Below are positions 23,759 to 38,502 of a stretch of 64,000 nucleotides of DNA, piece after piece. The translations under genes and the position numbers were made by a program. The notes beneath the pieces were generated by a model. It was not told where the DNA came from. It saw only the letters and a list, made by a program, of their open reading frames with translations, and did no database searches. Within the stretch, counting starts at the first letter, position 1. Each line of letters starts with the position of its first letter. This stretch comes from Neocallimastix sp. 'constans' (lineage: Eukaryota): the NCBI GenBank assembly GCA_050613775.1, contig JBODTK010000119.1, positions 186,001-250,000 of the forward strand. The letters are read 5' to 3'.

Positions 23759-24910
23759 TATATATTTATAACATTTAAAACATTTGATTAGTTCTGAATT
23801 ACATATAATTTATTATAATTAAATGAATATTAAGACTCTAAATTTTACCTGAAAGAATAATATTAGAATTATCTTGTGATACAAGTGCTGAACGAACATA
23901 ATCCTTTTATTATAATTTAAATATTTAATTATATTAATGTTTATTAAAATATAAAAAAAAAAAAATTATATATATATATATTGTTATTAAATATTAAAAA
24001 AATATAATAAAATAAAATGATAAATTATAAATAAAAATTACTTTATGTTCATCAAAATTATTTAAAATTGATTGTCCTGGAATATCTAAAAGTTTAACTG
24101 TTTTATCATCAGAAGCCGATAATATTTGGGTTTTATTTGAAGAAAACTTGGTAACATGAACTGGTCTATTTATTTAAAAATTTATTTATTATATACAATT
24201 TGTTGAAAATAATAAATGAGTTAATACTATGAATAATAAGATTTATTTCATATAAAAAATTTTTTTAATATATGAATTAGAATTTCAATTAAATTTAGTT
24301 AATTCTTTTTTCATTGAAAAATATGTTCCTATAATTTTAAGCAATATGAATTAATTTTTAAAATTTTAAATAAATATGAAATCTACTTTGAATGTTCACG
24401 AAAAGTTCTTAAAATAGCTCTACTATTAAGATCAAACATCTATAAAATTTACAATAATATTATAATTTTATATTAATAATATATTAATTAATATTATTTT
24501 AAGATATATTAATTATATTAATTAAAGGTAGTTAAAGGATGACAAAAAAAAGATTTTTATATCTTCAAATGATAATTATAATAATGACGAAAAAATTACT
24601 TGAATTAAACCAGTAGCATCTCCGGCAACAAGTAATTGCCCATCACTTCTTATATGACCACTATATGCAATATCAGTAAATCTTGATATTGTTTTTTTTA
24701 CAGTATTAGAAACTGGACTATAAATTTGGACTCTCGCTGAACTAGTAACAGCAAAATTATGTGGTTCTACTTGTGAAAAATAAATGGAATTAATTGGACC
24801 ATGTTCTTTTACTAAAATTGGATTCTGTTTTGCAAAGTTAAGATTATTTTTTATAAAATATATAAAAAAATAAAATGATAATTTATTTTCAAATTTAATA
24901 ATTGTTATTA

Positions 24911-24953
<43 letters not shown>

Positions 24954-25237
24954 AAGAAAGAAAGAAAGAAAGAAAGAAAAAGAGAAAGAAAAAAAGAAAA
25001 AATGAAAGAAAATGTTAAATATATATCAAATGAAATGTTAAATTTCAATTGAAATGCAAAAAATATATATAATATTAAAAATATATATATATATATTTGT
25101 TATAATTTGGTAATATAAAAATTTAAAATTTAAAAATTTCATTTTATTACTTTAAATTTTTTCCAATAATATTCATTAGTATACCCAGTTTCAATTCTTG
25201 GATATTTTTTAATGACTAAACGTTTGTAATCAGTCAT
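21855..25237 (-). CDS. UTP15: U3 snoRNA-associated protein 15 (WD40 repeats plus UTP15 C-terminal domain)
   Basis: About 10 exons (approx. 25237-25151, 24824-24600, 24440-24387, 24165-24043, 23903-23849, 23599-23251, 23073-22913, 22762-22651, 22462-22282, 22102-21855). Motifs: ISRFTDIAYSGHIRSDGQLLVAGD, GSYDHTVKLWDAR, HGAPVESVL, NHQKTIT, GSLDHHVKIYD, ALSGRD. Confidence 0.92.
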
Positions 25238-26164
25238 TTTATATATATATATATTATTGCTTAAAATATAATTAACACTTCTTAATATATATATATATAA
25301 AAAAAAAAAAAAAGAAAAAAGTAATAATAATAATAAGTATAAAGAATTTTATTGGCTAAATTTTTAAAATTATTTATTTATAATTATAAATAAAAATTTT
25401 AATATAAATAATATATTCCATTTTTATATTAATGTTTTTTTATTAATAAATATTAATATTATTATGTTTAATATAAATCAAAAAAAAAATATTAATATCA
25501 AGAATATCCAAATATAAAAAATAAAAAAAAAAAAAAAAAAAGTTAATTAGACTTTATTGTTGATGTTTCTTGATTCTCAATTGAATTGTAATAATAAAAA
25601 ATAATTAAGTGCAAGTCTCATTATTTAATAAAAGTCATTTAAATAAAATTTTAAAAGAAAAGTTTTACATATCATATATTATTTTTTCTTCTTTATTTTC
25701 AAATTTATTCATAGTATATATTTTTTTATTTAAATTTTAATTTATTTATTTATTCATAAAAAGTTTCAATGACACAATTATTGATTAATACTAATAACTT
25801 TTTTTATTTTTTTATTCGATATTTTTTTTTTTCTTTTTTTTGTAAAAAAATAATAATTTCAAAATGAAACAAAAGAAAATTGAATTTTTATATAAATTTT
25901 TTTTCTATAATATTCACTTCTATTTTATAGTTTGATTTAATAAATATTTTTATATATAATAATATATATATATTTATATAAGTAGTATAAAAAAAAGCAT
26001 TTTTTTTTTTTATTTTAAAATTTATATTTAATAATCATTATTTATTGTTAAATAAACTTTATTAATTTTTATGAATAACAAAAATAAAAATACAATTAAA
26101 AAAAAAAAAAAAAAAAAAAAAAATATATATTTATATTCATATATATAATTAGTCATAAATTTAT

Positions 26165-28217
26165 TTAATTATGTCCATGTTGTTCATGAATATCCATGTT
26201 GTTCATAAGATGAGTGGCATGATTAACATCATCACCATCTCTTTCAGCACCATTATTAATATTAAGTGGTGCTAAAGAATCTTCATTGTCCATATCAGAT
26301 AGAATACCATTCAAGTTCTCTGATGTTAAAACCCGCGCACGGGGATTGATTTCATTAAAGAATCCATTTGGATGATTTTCATTATTTGCAGAATTAGCAG
26401 CAGCATTATTTATAAAATTATTTAAATTATTATTAGTATTTATTCCATTATCATTACTATTATTATTTATATTTATAGGGTTTGATGCATTATTTACATT
26501 GGAATCACTTTCGTTATTAGTATAAATTGTATTATGAAGGCCACTAGAACGTCCTGTTTCCTGATTATTACCCGACTCTCCCATATCTTGATTAAGAGGT
26601 ACATTTGTACAATTTGTATCAGTACTTGCATTATTTAATCTATTATTTAATTGATATCTTAAATCTTCACTATCATCAGATCTTAACGTTTGAACTGGTC
26701 TTCTAGTCGTTGAAAGAGTAGTAACTGGGGTACTAGACAAAATGCCTGGAGAACTTGATAAAGCATTTGAATCAATATCATCATCTAATCCACTGAAACT
26801 TTCCATACTAACACTAGCAACTAAATTAGCAACTTGACGACATAATGGACATTGGAACATATTACCAGTTGAAAGTATAGGGGTTACACATTTATAATGG
26901 AAGCAATGAGAACATGGTGCAACAAACAAAGCTTGAAATGGCCCTATACCACATAAACAAATACAACAATCCACTGAACCCTTTGAGTTAACATCATCAT
27001 CTGCAGTATGACTAGAATATGGATTAGTTGCTGATAAAAGAGCTTTTAAAGCAGCTCTAAATCTATATATTTCAATAATATATAAATATTATTATTTTTT
27101 AAATAGGATTTATAATATTTAAAAGAAAATAATAATAGTAATCATGAACAAGTAAATAAATAAATTAATTATATATATAAAATATAAAGAATATGGTATA
27201 ATCATACATAAATTATATATAATAATATAACATATATATTATAAAATGTTAATTTTAACTAGCTTATTTTATTTTATTCTATTTTAAATTAATTCTTTTT
27301 ATATATATTTATGTAATTATATTTATTTTTACCTGGTTGGATTAGCTTGTCTACGTTGCTGTATAACTTTTCTATTAACTATAACAATTTTTATAATAAC
27401 ACACTTATATATATCTATAACATAAAAATTAAATTCCAATTTATATATAATAAAATTAACAATACATGAATATTTATTGTAATAATAATTTAAATTAATA
27501 ATTTAATATTTATTATCCGATGTTACTTTAAATTTTTTAAATTTTATATATTTATTAATTACCTTCTGATTTTCCTTGATAATCAATACCTAATTGTATA
27601 ATATCATTATCTTTTAAAGGATATGGTCTACTTTCCTTTCCTGAAGGACTAAGTCTCATATGATTTAAGAAAGTGCCAGAAGAACTAGCAGTATCTTTCA
27701 AATAAACCTTTAATAATATTAAAAAATTATATTATTATTAATATTTATAATTAAAATACTATAAAATTGTTTAATATTTTTGATTTAATTTATTTTAAGT
27801 TAAAACTTTAAAGAATTCCATAAGATTATCATTATTAGAATTGAACATTAAAATACTGTATTATTTGAATCATATTTATTATTTTCTTATTTTTTTAAAA
27901 AAATATATATATATATATAATAATTTATGTACTTGTCCATCTTTTGCCCAGATTTCAGCATGGCTTCTACTAACGACTTTACTTTTGAACCAAATCGCAT
28001 TATCATTAGCAATATTATCATTATTGTTCCCTGGTCTATTAACTTGTCTACCAATTTTAACAACCATTCCTTCAATAAGATCACGCTCAATTTTATCAAA
28101 TGTTAATGGATTTGGACTTCTACTTGTATCTGGATAAGAAACTAATTGAATAGATACAACTGGAACATTACTATTATCTTCTATAATATTTGAACCAGAC
28201 ATACTTGGTTGTGACAT
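26165..28217 (-). CDS. DMA1: FHA plus RING-H2 E3 ubiquitin ligase (Dma1/Dma2 family)
   Basis: Exons: 28217-27933, 27707-27563, 27414-27333, 27062-26165. FHA: IGR...FKSKVVSRSHAEIW...KDTASSSGTFLNHMRLS...QLGIDYQG. RING: DCCICLCGIGPFQALFVAPCSHCFHYKC...CPLCRQVANL. Confidence 0.93.
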
Positions 28218-28790
28218 CTTTATTTAATATTTTTTTGTTAAAATATATTTTCAAAACTATATTAATTGAAATGTTTATTTAAAATTTTATAATAAAATGA
28301 AAAGAATTACAATAATAGAGAATAATGTAAAGATATATCATTTGTAATATTTATATATTTATATATTTATATATTTAAAATTGAACATTAAAATTTAATA
28401 ATTTCATTTTAATATAAGAAATATAAGTTCTATATGTTATATAAATAAATTCATTTACCTTTAACTTTGTTATTCCTAAATATTATTATATATATACTAA
28501 CTTTTTTCTTTTTACATTTATATATTTATAAATATTATTATAATTTTATATGTTAGAAAATAATGTTTTTTATTAAAATTTTATATTTTTAAATTAATTA
28601 TTTTTATTATTTTATTTCTAGTTTATTTACTTAATATTAATTATTTTACATATTTTATTTACAATTATTCACTTGTTATTTTCATATATAATAACTTTTA
28701 TCAAAAAGAAAATAATAAAAAAATGATTTTATATATGTGAAGAAAGAATTAATTTTATATTTAAATTAATTTTTCTTAATTTACTAGAAC

Positions 28791-28847
<57 letters not shown>

Positions 28848-29613
28848 TAAAAGAGAAAAAAATTATAATAATAAATAGTATAAGTTTTAATATAATTTAT
28901 CCTAAGAAAAAAAAAAAAAAAAAAGCATTTATAATTTATTTTATGTACATTTATAAAAAATATAAATAACAGTTTGAAATATATTTAATAAATAATATAT
29001 TCATGGAAATAAAAATATATATTATAATTTATTTTAAAATTAAATAAAATTTATATAATAATTTACTATTAATTATGACAAAATATAAGATTTTATAAAT
29101 CCAAACTAAAAACTATAAATAAAAATATACCTAGCAAATATATTATTAATTTATTTTATAATTAACTTAAATTTAAGTAATTTATATTTTTACATATGTA
29201 CATAAATTTATGAATAATCAAACAATAATATGGCGTGGAATTTTTTTTAAAACATTCACGCCACAATATTATTTTTTTAATATAATTATTTTATCTTAAT
29301 TATACAAAATATTAATTTATGATATACATGATTGTATAAATTATAAATTATGGATGATTTTTTATATATAAAATAAACATAGAAATAACATAATAAATTA
29401 AATGTTTTAAAGCATTAATATCAATAAATAAATAGTTTATCATAATGCAAAATTTTATTTTATTTTTGAAAATCTATTTTTATATAAATTTCATTCATGA
29501 TTAAACTTTATGTTAATATTATAATAGATTATCGAAATATTAATTGGGGTATATTATCTATATTATTCATTAATTTTTTATCGATTTAATATTAAATTTT
29601 AATTTTCAACCTA

Positions 29614-29911
<298 letters not shown>

Positions 29912-30420
29912 CTACCTAATTGTATTTATGTTTTGTATTATATAAATTAATACCTTTATTTTATATTGTATAAATTTATGTTAACAAACATTTTTAATAT
30001 TTTGTGTAACTTGTATATAACAAATTTATTCATGTGATATAATGTTCTATAAAATATCATGAATGTATAATCCACTTCTCACCTTATCACTTATTATTAT
30101 TATTATTACTATTAGTGTTGTAGTAGTACATCAAATTATTGATGTCAATCAATATCATGAAGGTTAACTCCATACACTTCCTAATAATAATAATGATCCA
30201 ATTTGATTAATTTTTAGAATCATAATAAAATAATACTAAAACTTAACATTTATACATTAAAATGTATTTATTTTTCATATACATTAAAAAATGTTAAAAT
30301 ATACAAATAATCAATAAAACTTAAAAGTTTATAATAATTTATATATGCAAATAAAAAAAGTTAATAATAATTTATGTTAGTAGATGAGAAAAAAAGTATA
30401 TAATAAAATATTTTCATAAT

Positions 30421-31090
30421 TGTTACTCAGTTATAAATTAAAGAATCTACTAGTTCTGGTGCTATATCGAATTTTTTTTTTTACTCACGGTATGCACTTA
30501 TTTTCAGCCTCCCCTTCAATGCATGGGAATAATGAGGAAGTCATATTATTTCCGTATACTTTTGCAGAGGCGAATATTGACCCTGCTGAGAATTTTACAG
30601 TACATATTATTGCTGAGAATTTTACAGTACGCCTTTTCTCGGTGTGCTTCTCCAGTTCCTAATATGCCTTTGAAACTAGGCCAGTATGACCTAACTTGAT
30701 GAGATACGTACAAGCTCTCTTAGCAATTGTATATAAGTCAGAATGATTGCAATTTAGTAGAATATATCTATATTACTTTAGTAGAATATTTCTACATGGA
30801 TATATATTGAATGACAGTACTTGCTCAACCCTCTCAAGCCCATAGTTAAGGCAGTATCTTGTATCATGTCTATATTACTTAGGAGATTTAAAATAATATA
30901 TATATAAGGGGGAAATACTTACTTGTAACTCTAACCACCATATTTCGTAAAAACCATTTGTGAGGAAAACCGGAAATGGTTAAAAAGGCGATATCGAATC
31001 AGGAGTCTTATGTATGCTTGACAACGGACTAACAACCAGGATAGAACCAAGTTCGGTATGTCATAACAAAAGTATATCATAATTAGGTTC
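30421..31090. other. GC-enriched non-coding island, probable transposon relic
   Basis: Higher GC than the flanks and no convincing ORF. It has an internal 20-bp duplication TGCTGAGAATTTTACAGTAC (30584-30603, 30611-30630) and a PPT-like AAGGGGGAAA near 30906. Confidence 0.4.
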
Positions 31091-31753
31091 AAAATAATTT
31101 TTTTTTAAGATAACTAACTTTCATATAATAAATATTTAAAAATATTATAATTATAAATTGAATAACAATTTATATTGTTATTACATCTGAATTATCTTTA
31201 CTCATTTGATAATTAATAATTTTATACATCAAAAGAAATTTACAAGCACTTCTACTATATGTTTCATTTCTCATAATTATTATATTATTTTTAATACATC
31301 ATATGAATTTACTTGTTCTGGATTGATTTTTCTCTTCTAATAAATTTCATAATTCTAAAATAATTGAAAATTTTCATGTAAATTAAATTAAAAATTTTTA
31401 TGTAAATATTTGTACCATTAAATTATGAATTTTGAATTTCAAATTTCAAATTACAAATTTTAATTTTTCATTTTATCTTTTTTCTTTGTAGTTATTTCTT
31501 TTATTTAGTTACTTAAAAATTTTTTCATTTTTATTATTTATTAAAATGACAAATTAATGAAATAATTATATTATTTCATTAATTTAAAAAAGTATATTAT
31601 ATTTAATTATTTTTATTTTATAATACATATCTTTAATAGAAAAAAAGATATATCATTAATTACGAAGTTTTTCTGAGAAAAAAAAAGTTTATTAAATTAT
31701 TTTATATTTCAAATATAATTAATGAATATTAATGAATAACTAAATAATATATC

Positions 31754-31786
<33 letters not shown>

Positions 31787-31973
31787 AACATGATTTCATT
31801 ACTATTTAATATATATTAATCTAATTAAAAAATTTTAATTTTATTATTTTCTTAATTTGTCAAATATTTGATTATATTAAATTAATTTTACATTATAAAA
31901 GATCATATTTAATTTATTTATTGTTATTTTTTATCTATTAAATTTATTATAAAATTTCTTTTTTTTTAAAAAA

Positions 31974-34777
31974 ATGGATTTCAAAGAATTAGAAAAGAAG
32001 ATTGCCTCACAAATTAATACTTATTTAAGCGATTCCAATTTATCTTATGACTCATTACTTTACAATTATATTGATAAAGATGGATGTAATATACTTAAAC
32101 ATTATATATCATAGATTTATAAATTCTAATTTATATATATATATTTAAAAATTTATGAATATTTCAATTAATAACTTAAAAATGTTAATTTATTAAATAA
32201 TCTTTTGAAATGTACATTTTTAAATTCTTTGAAAAATTATTTCTCCTATTGATTCTTTTTTTATTATTACCTTAATTTTTATTTCAATATATATATATAT
32301 TGAATATTAATAGGGATACCAATATTTGTTTTTATATTATTTAAATTAAAGGGCTTATCAACTGATGAAGCTGAAATTTCAAAATCAATTAGAAAGCATT
32401 GCAAAGATTTAGAAGTGCGATTAAAAAAAAAAATAAAATTAAAATTAAAATAAAACAATAAAAAATATATTACTTAAATATGACATTAAAATTAATTAAT
32501 TAATTATAAAAAAAGGTTAGCGAAGACGGGAAAAGTGTAAGAAGAAAAAAGCCAATTCCAACCGAATTTAAAGATGATTCTAAAACTATATATATAGTAA
32601 TGTTTAAATTTAAAAATATTATATATTAAAAATTTAGTAAAATAATAATATTAGTAATAATAATGCCATCTCATTATCTAATTTAAAATATTTTGGTTAA
32701 TATTTCTTATAAATTTAATTATAATAAAGGAACATGTTCCTAGTACCATATCTATTGAAAAAATTAAATCAACTTTTGAAGAGTTTGGAAAAATAAAAGC
32801 AATTTACTTTCCAGATGTAAAAAAAAGAATAGCTTTGGACGATAATAATAAAGAGGTATCAATTGTTAACAATTCAGATCATAAAAAGGAACTTCCAATA
32901 AAATTCTTTTTCATTACTTTTAAAAAAAAAAAATCAGTTGAAATGGCTATAGAAAAACTAAATAGCTGGATTCCTGTCACAAAAAATAATTTTAGAGAAA
33001 TAATAAATTCTGAAATTAATGGATTTCGTATACTACGGATGTATATATTATGAAATTTTATATATAATATTAAATAATTATTAATAAATAATAAAAATAA
33101 TGTTTCATTTTATTATTACTTTATATTATTTTTACAATTATATTTATAATTGTATTTATTAATATTATAATAATATTATTATATATTCATATTTATTATT
33201 ATCATATTTATTATTATTATATATTCATATTTATTATTATCATATTTATTATTATCATATTTATTATTATGATATATTCATATTTATTATTATCATATTT
33301 ATTATTATCATATTTATTATTATGATATATTCATATTTATTATTATCATATTTATTATTATCATATTTATTATTATGATATATTCATATTTATTATTATC
33401 ATATTTATTATTATTATATATTCATATTTATTATTATTATATATTGTTATTGTATTTTTTATAACTGTTATGATTGCTATTATAATTTGTTATATTTATC
33501 AGAAAAACATGGCGTAAAATGACGAAAGAATACATTAAAAAAAGGCAATTACAAATTGAAAAATTAAAACAAAATAATCAAGAACATATAAAAATAACAA
33601 AAGAGATTGAATATAAGCCTGGATTAATTGCTGAATTTAGAGGAGTACATCCAGAAACAAATAGACATATATTAAAAGTACATAAATAATTATATATAAA
33701 TTATCCTAACAATAGTTATAATAATTAGAATTATAATTATATTAATAATAAAGATTATATAATAAATAAATATTTATCTTTTATCGTAAATAAAATTTTT
33801 TAAATATTTAATTAATTTATATATATTAATTTAAAAAATTAATTAATGATTAATTAATTATTAGAAATTATTCGATTTAGTATCAACAACTTCCTTTATT
33901 GATTATTCACCTAATCAAACTACTGGATATATTAGATATAAAGATGCAAACTCTGCTAAAATAGCTGAAAGTTATTTTTCTAGAAAAAAGGTTATTCAAG
34001 TTAATGGATTAGATGTTTCTGGTACTTTATTTTCAACACTAAAAAAGAAATTTGAAGAAGAAGGTAATTTCGAATTAATTCATGATTATGAAGTAATTCG
34101 TTTAAAAATACTAGAAGGTAATGAAATTAACTTATATTATTAATTTAATATGATAATAATATAATTAAATCAATAATAATAATAATAATAATAATAATAA
34201 TTATTGTATTATTAATAATAAAAAATTATAATATTAATAATAATTAATAATAATATTAATATTAATAATAGGCGATGAAGAACAAGAATATTGGAGGTAT
34301 ATTAATGGTTCGATAAGAAATAAAAATAAAGCATTAAATTATAATGATAATATTAATGTAAAAGAAGTGGAAAGCATTGAAAATAATCATACAATTTTTA
34401 ATGATGAAGATTCAAATACTGAATATGTAAATATTGATAACAAAGAAGAAAAGGCATTTGAAGGAATCAATAATACGTATAAAAATAATTCTATAAACAC
34501 TGGAATTAGCAATTTATTAAATTCAAAACCTATAAATGAATCTTTAAAAGAAATAAATCATATTCGATTTGATGATAGTGATGACAGTAATGATGATGAT
34601 GATGAAGAGAAACAGGAGATCGATAAAGAAAAAGAAAAAACAAAGAACAAAAAAGAAACAGAAAATGATATTAATGCTAATAATGAAAGTAATAATGATA
34701 CTGAAATTGCTAATGCTATCGAAAATGAAAATAGTAACACTAATTCTATAATACTGGAAAATAATAACGAAATTATA

Positions 34778-34849
<72 letters not shown>

Positions 34850-34978
34850 GAAAAAGCTAGCACTAAAAAAAAGAGAAAAAGGAAGTATCTTAAGAAACAC
34901 TTAAAACAAAAAGAGAAAAAATTAAGATTAAAAGCAGAAAATGAGGCAAATTTTAATATACGAGAGGATAATAATTAA
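31974..34978 (+). CDS. La-related protein (La motif, RRM1 and xRRM-like RRM2; LARP7/Pof8-like)
   Basis: Exons: 31974-32085, 32314-32414, 32516-32596, 32730-33040, 33503-33677, 33865-34117, 34272-34978. La motif: QINTYLSDSNL.YD...DGWIPI...VSEDGKSVRRK. RRM1: TIYIEHVP. RRM2: EYKPGLIAEFRGVHPETNRHILKKLF...IDY...GYIRY...ILEGDEEQEYW. The tail has HIRFDD and a basic NLS-like KKKRKRK. Confidence 0.85.
33170..33442. repeat. Intronic minisatellite (CATATTTATTATTAT-like unit)
   Basis: Tandem units of 15-25 bp inside intron 4 of the La-related gene. Confidence 0.85.
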
Positions 34979-35155
34979 TATGTGAAATGAAAACATTTCT
35001 GATTATTAGAATCATAAAATAATGATACTTACATCAATAATAATAACAATAATGCATTCAATACAAACGATGTATATGAATAATATATAATATAAATAAA
35101 AATTTTTATAAAAGAATATATATAATATTAACACACATAAATATATATGTTTATA

Positions 35156-35192
<37 letters not shown>

Positions 35193-35367
35193 TTTAATTA
35201 TATTCATATTATATTCTACATTAGAATTTTATTTTTGTTTTGTATTCATATTTAGAAATTTATCTATTATTAATCATTATCTTTTTTAATTTATGGCATT
35301 ATCCTGTTAATTCATCCTAATTTGCCTTTATACAATATATATATATATATATATTATTTTATTTTAT

Positions 35368-35398
<31 letters not shown>

Positions 35399-35596
35399 TT
35401 TTTTATTTTTTTTTATTTTTTTTTTTATTTTTTTTTTTTTTTTACAAAGCAATAATTAATGATTTACATATATAATAAAAATTTACTATTTAAAATATTA
35501 ACAGATAAGAAAAAAAAAAGAAAGAAAATTTCTTTTTTTTTTTTTTATTTTTTTAATATTTTAATATTTTAATTATTATTAAAGTTGGTTTAATAT

Positions 35597-35631
<35 letters not shown>

Positions 35632-36862
35632 ATATTTGATGTTTTTTAAACTTTAATTCATATAGGAATATCATGCAATAAAGATATAAAGATAATAAAT
35701 ATATATATTAAGTATTATTAATAATTTTAATTTAAAAAAGGGTTAATATTTTACAATTATTAAAAATATATATTTTATTAATTTTTAATATATATATTTT
35801 TATATTAACCGAAATTTTTTTAATTTTTTTTTTTTTTTTTTAAATATTATAAGAACCTATAATAACTTTTTTTTTTAATTATTCTTCAATAATGTTTAGA
35901 ATTATACAGTATTTGTAATATTAATCATATTCTTCATATTATTACTTCTAATATAATTACATATTGATTTATTATTATTATATATATATATATATATATT
36001 ATAATCTCGATTAATTAAATATTTAGATAATAAATAAAAAATATTTATTAATTTTAATTAATTATTAATAATAAAAATTAAATAAATAAAAAACAAAAAA
36101 CAGAAAAAAGTAATAATAATAATAATAATAATAATAATGAAAATAATAGAAATAAAAAAAAAAATAAAAAAAATAAAAAAAATAAAAAAAAATAAAAAAT
36201 AAAAGAATTAATTTAGTATAATATAATCATTAAATAAATTTATTTATTTTATTTTATTACGACTAAAATCTTTATTATTATTATTATTAATATATATTAT
36301 ATATTATTTATTATTTATTATTTATTATTTATTATAATTATTAATCATTATTTCGATGAGATTGTGTATAATTATAATTTTTATTAAAATAATAATAATA
36401 ATAATGACAAAATAAAAAAAAAAAAAAAAAAAAAAAAAAAAGACATAAAAATTTTATATTTTTTATTTTATTTTTAAATCATTATTTTAATATGTATTTT
36501 ATTATTAATATATTTATCTTTAATTATTGAATCAATAATTTTTTATCTTATATTTTTTTATTTTTTTTTTTTATTTAATTATTATTTAAATATTATATTA
36601 AATGATTTATACATATAAATATGTATCAATTTTTAATTTTTTTTTCCTTATTCATATAATAATATAACCTATAATTAATTTTAATCTTTATCATGCTTAT
36701 TATAATTTAGTTTGTTATTACTTTTAAATATTATTATTTATTATTATTTATTATTATTATTTATTATTTCTATTTATTATTACTATTTAATATTATTATT
36801 ATTTATTAATATTTATTATTTAAATGCGCAGTTAATTGTATAGTAATATTACTTTTTTTTTA

Positions 36863-36896
<34 letters not shown>

Positions 36897-37730
36897 CATA
36901 AACATAAAATTTATTATTATAATTTATTTATTTAAATGCTCAGTTGATTATAATTTAAACATTTTTTTAAAAAAAAATAAAAAAAAAAAAAAAAAAAAAC
37001 TGTAAAACTTATAATAATTATTATTATTCATTATAATTATTCTTCATTATTTAAATGCGCAGTTAATTGTGTAATTATAACTTTTTTCATTGTTTTTTTT
37101 TTAAAAAAAAAATAATAATAATAAAAATAAAAATGAAATAAAATAATAACACAAAATTTTAAATTTTAAAATTTTTTTTTTTTTTAATGTTTAATTTTTA
37201 AATCATTATTTTATAACATTTGTTTTGTTATTAGTACATTTATCCTTAATTACTGAATCAGTAATCTTTTTTTCCCTATTTAATTATTTAAATGTTATTA
37301 AATAATATAAATTTAAATCTCAAAGGAATAACAAAACATTTCGTATTTTTTTTTTTAAAAAAAAAAAAAGTATAATGATTATAAAATTTAAAATAAAAAA
37401 AAATTAAAAAAAATTAAAAAATAAGTTCTAAAATAAAATTCATAAAAATATTTAAGTTAACAAATGAAAAAAATCATATTTTTTTATAAATCTTTTTTAA
37501 ATTTTTTTTTTTTTATATAATAAGATTAATAGAAATATTATTAACCAAAAAATTATTTAGTTTATACAAATTTTAAATATTATAAAAATTACCAAAACGA
37601 AACAAAACGAAAAAAAATTGTTTATTTTTAAATTTTTTTTTACTTTATAATTTTTTTATAATAACAATATATTTAAAAAATAAAGTAATATAACTAAAAA
37701 TAAAATAAAATATAATATAATAAAATATAA

Positions 37731-38065
37731 TAAATAGTAGAATATTAAATAATAAAAGTACAGATTAAATAAAATAAAATATAAAATAATAAATAGTAGA
37801 ATATTAAATAAGAAAAGCACAGATAGAAAAATAACAAAATATAATAAAATATAGCAATATAAATAATAGAATATTAAATAAAAGTAAAGATTAAATAAAA
37901 TAAAATAAAATAAAATAAAATAAAATAAAATAAAATAAAATAAAATAAAATAAAATAAAATAAAATAAAATAAAATAAAATAAAATAAAATAAAATAAAA
38001 TAAAATAAAATAAAATAAAATAAAATAAAATAAAATAAAATAAAATAAAATAAAATAAAATAAAT
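37731..38065 (+). repeat. Degenerate copies of the 61-63 kb repeat unit followed by (AAAAT)n
   Basis: TAAATAGTAGAATATTAAAT...AAAGTACAGATTAAATAAAATAAAAT resembles the unit at 61.2-62.9 kb, followed by a perfect (TAAAA)n array. Confidence 0.75.
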
Positions 38066-38144
38066 ATAGAAATAAAAATAAAATATAGCTCTCTATTAAT
38101 ATTATATATAAGATATATTATAACAATAAATATATATCATATAT

Positions 38145-38184
<40 letters not shown>

Positions 38185-38502
38185 ATCTATTATTATTTTA
38201 TTTATTAAATAAATTAAAAATCTATTTTTTATTTTATTTATAGTTTTTTTAATTAAATATATTTTATGCTGCTTGCTGCTGAAATCAATAAACCAAATAA
38301 TTTTATTTTGTTATAGAGTCAAAATTTTATTTCTAATATTTTCTATATCATTAAAAAAAAAAAAAAAAAAAAAAAGCAATTTATTTTGTTTTTATTTTTC
38401 GTTTTGTTCTTTTTTGTTTTTTTATTTTGTTTTGTAAAAACAAAAAAAAATAAAATAAAAAATAAAAAATATTAATTATAAATTAATAATAACAATAATA
38501 AA

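Noticed and set aside
30915..30925. ATACTTACTTG resembling the 5' end of U1 snRNA
   Set aside because: It mismatches the invariant ACTTACCTG, and no recognisable U1 stem-loops or Sm site follow.
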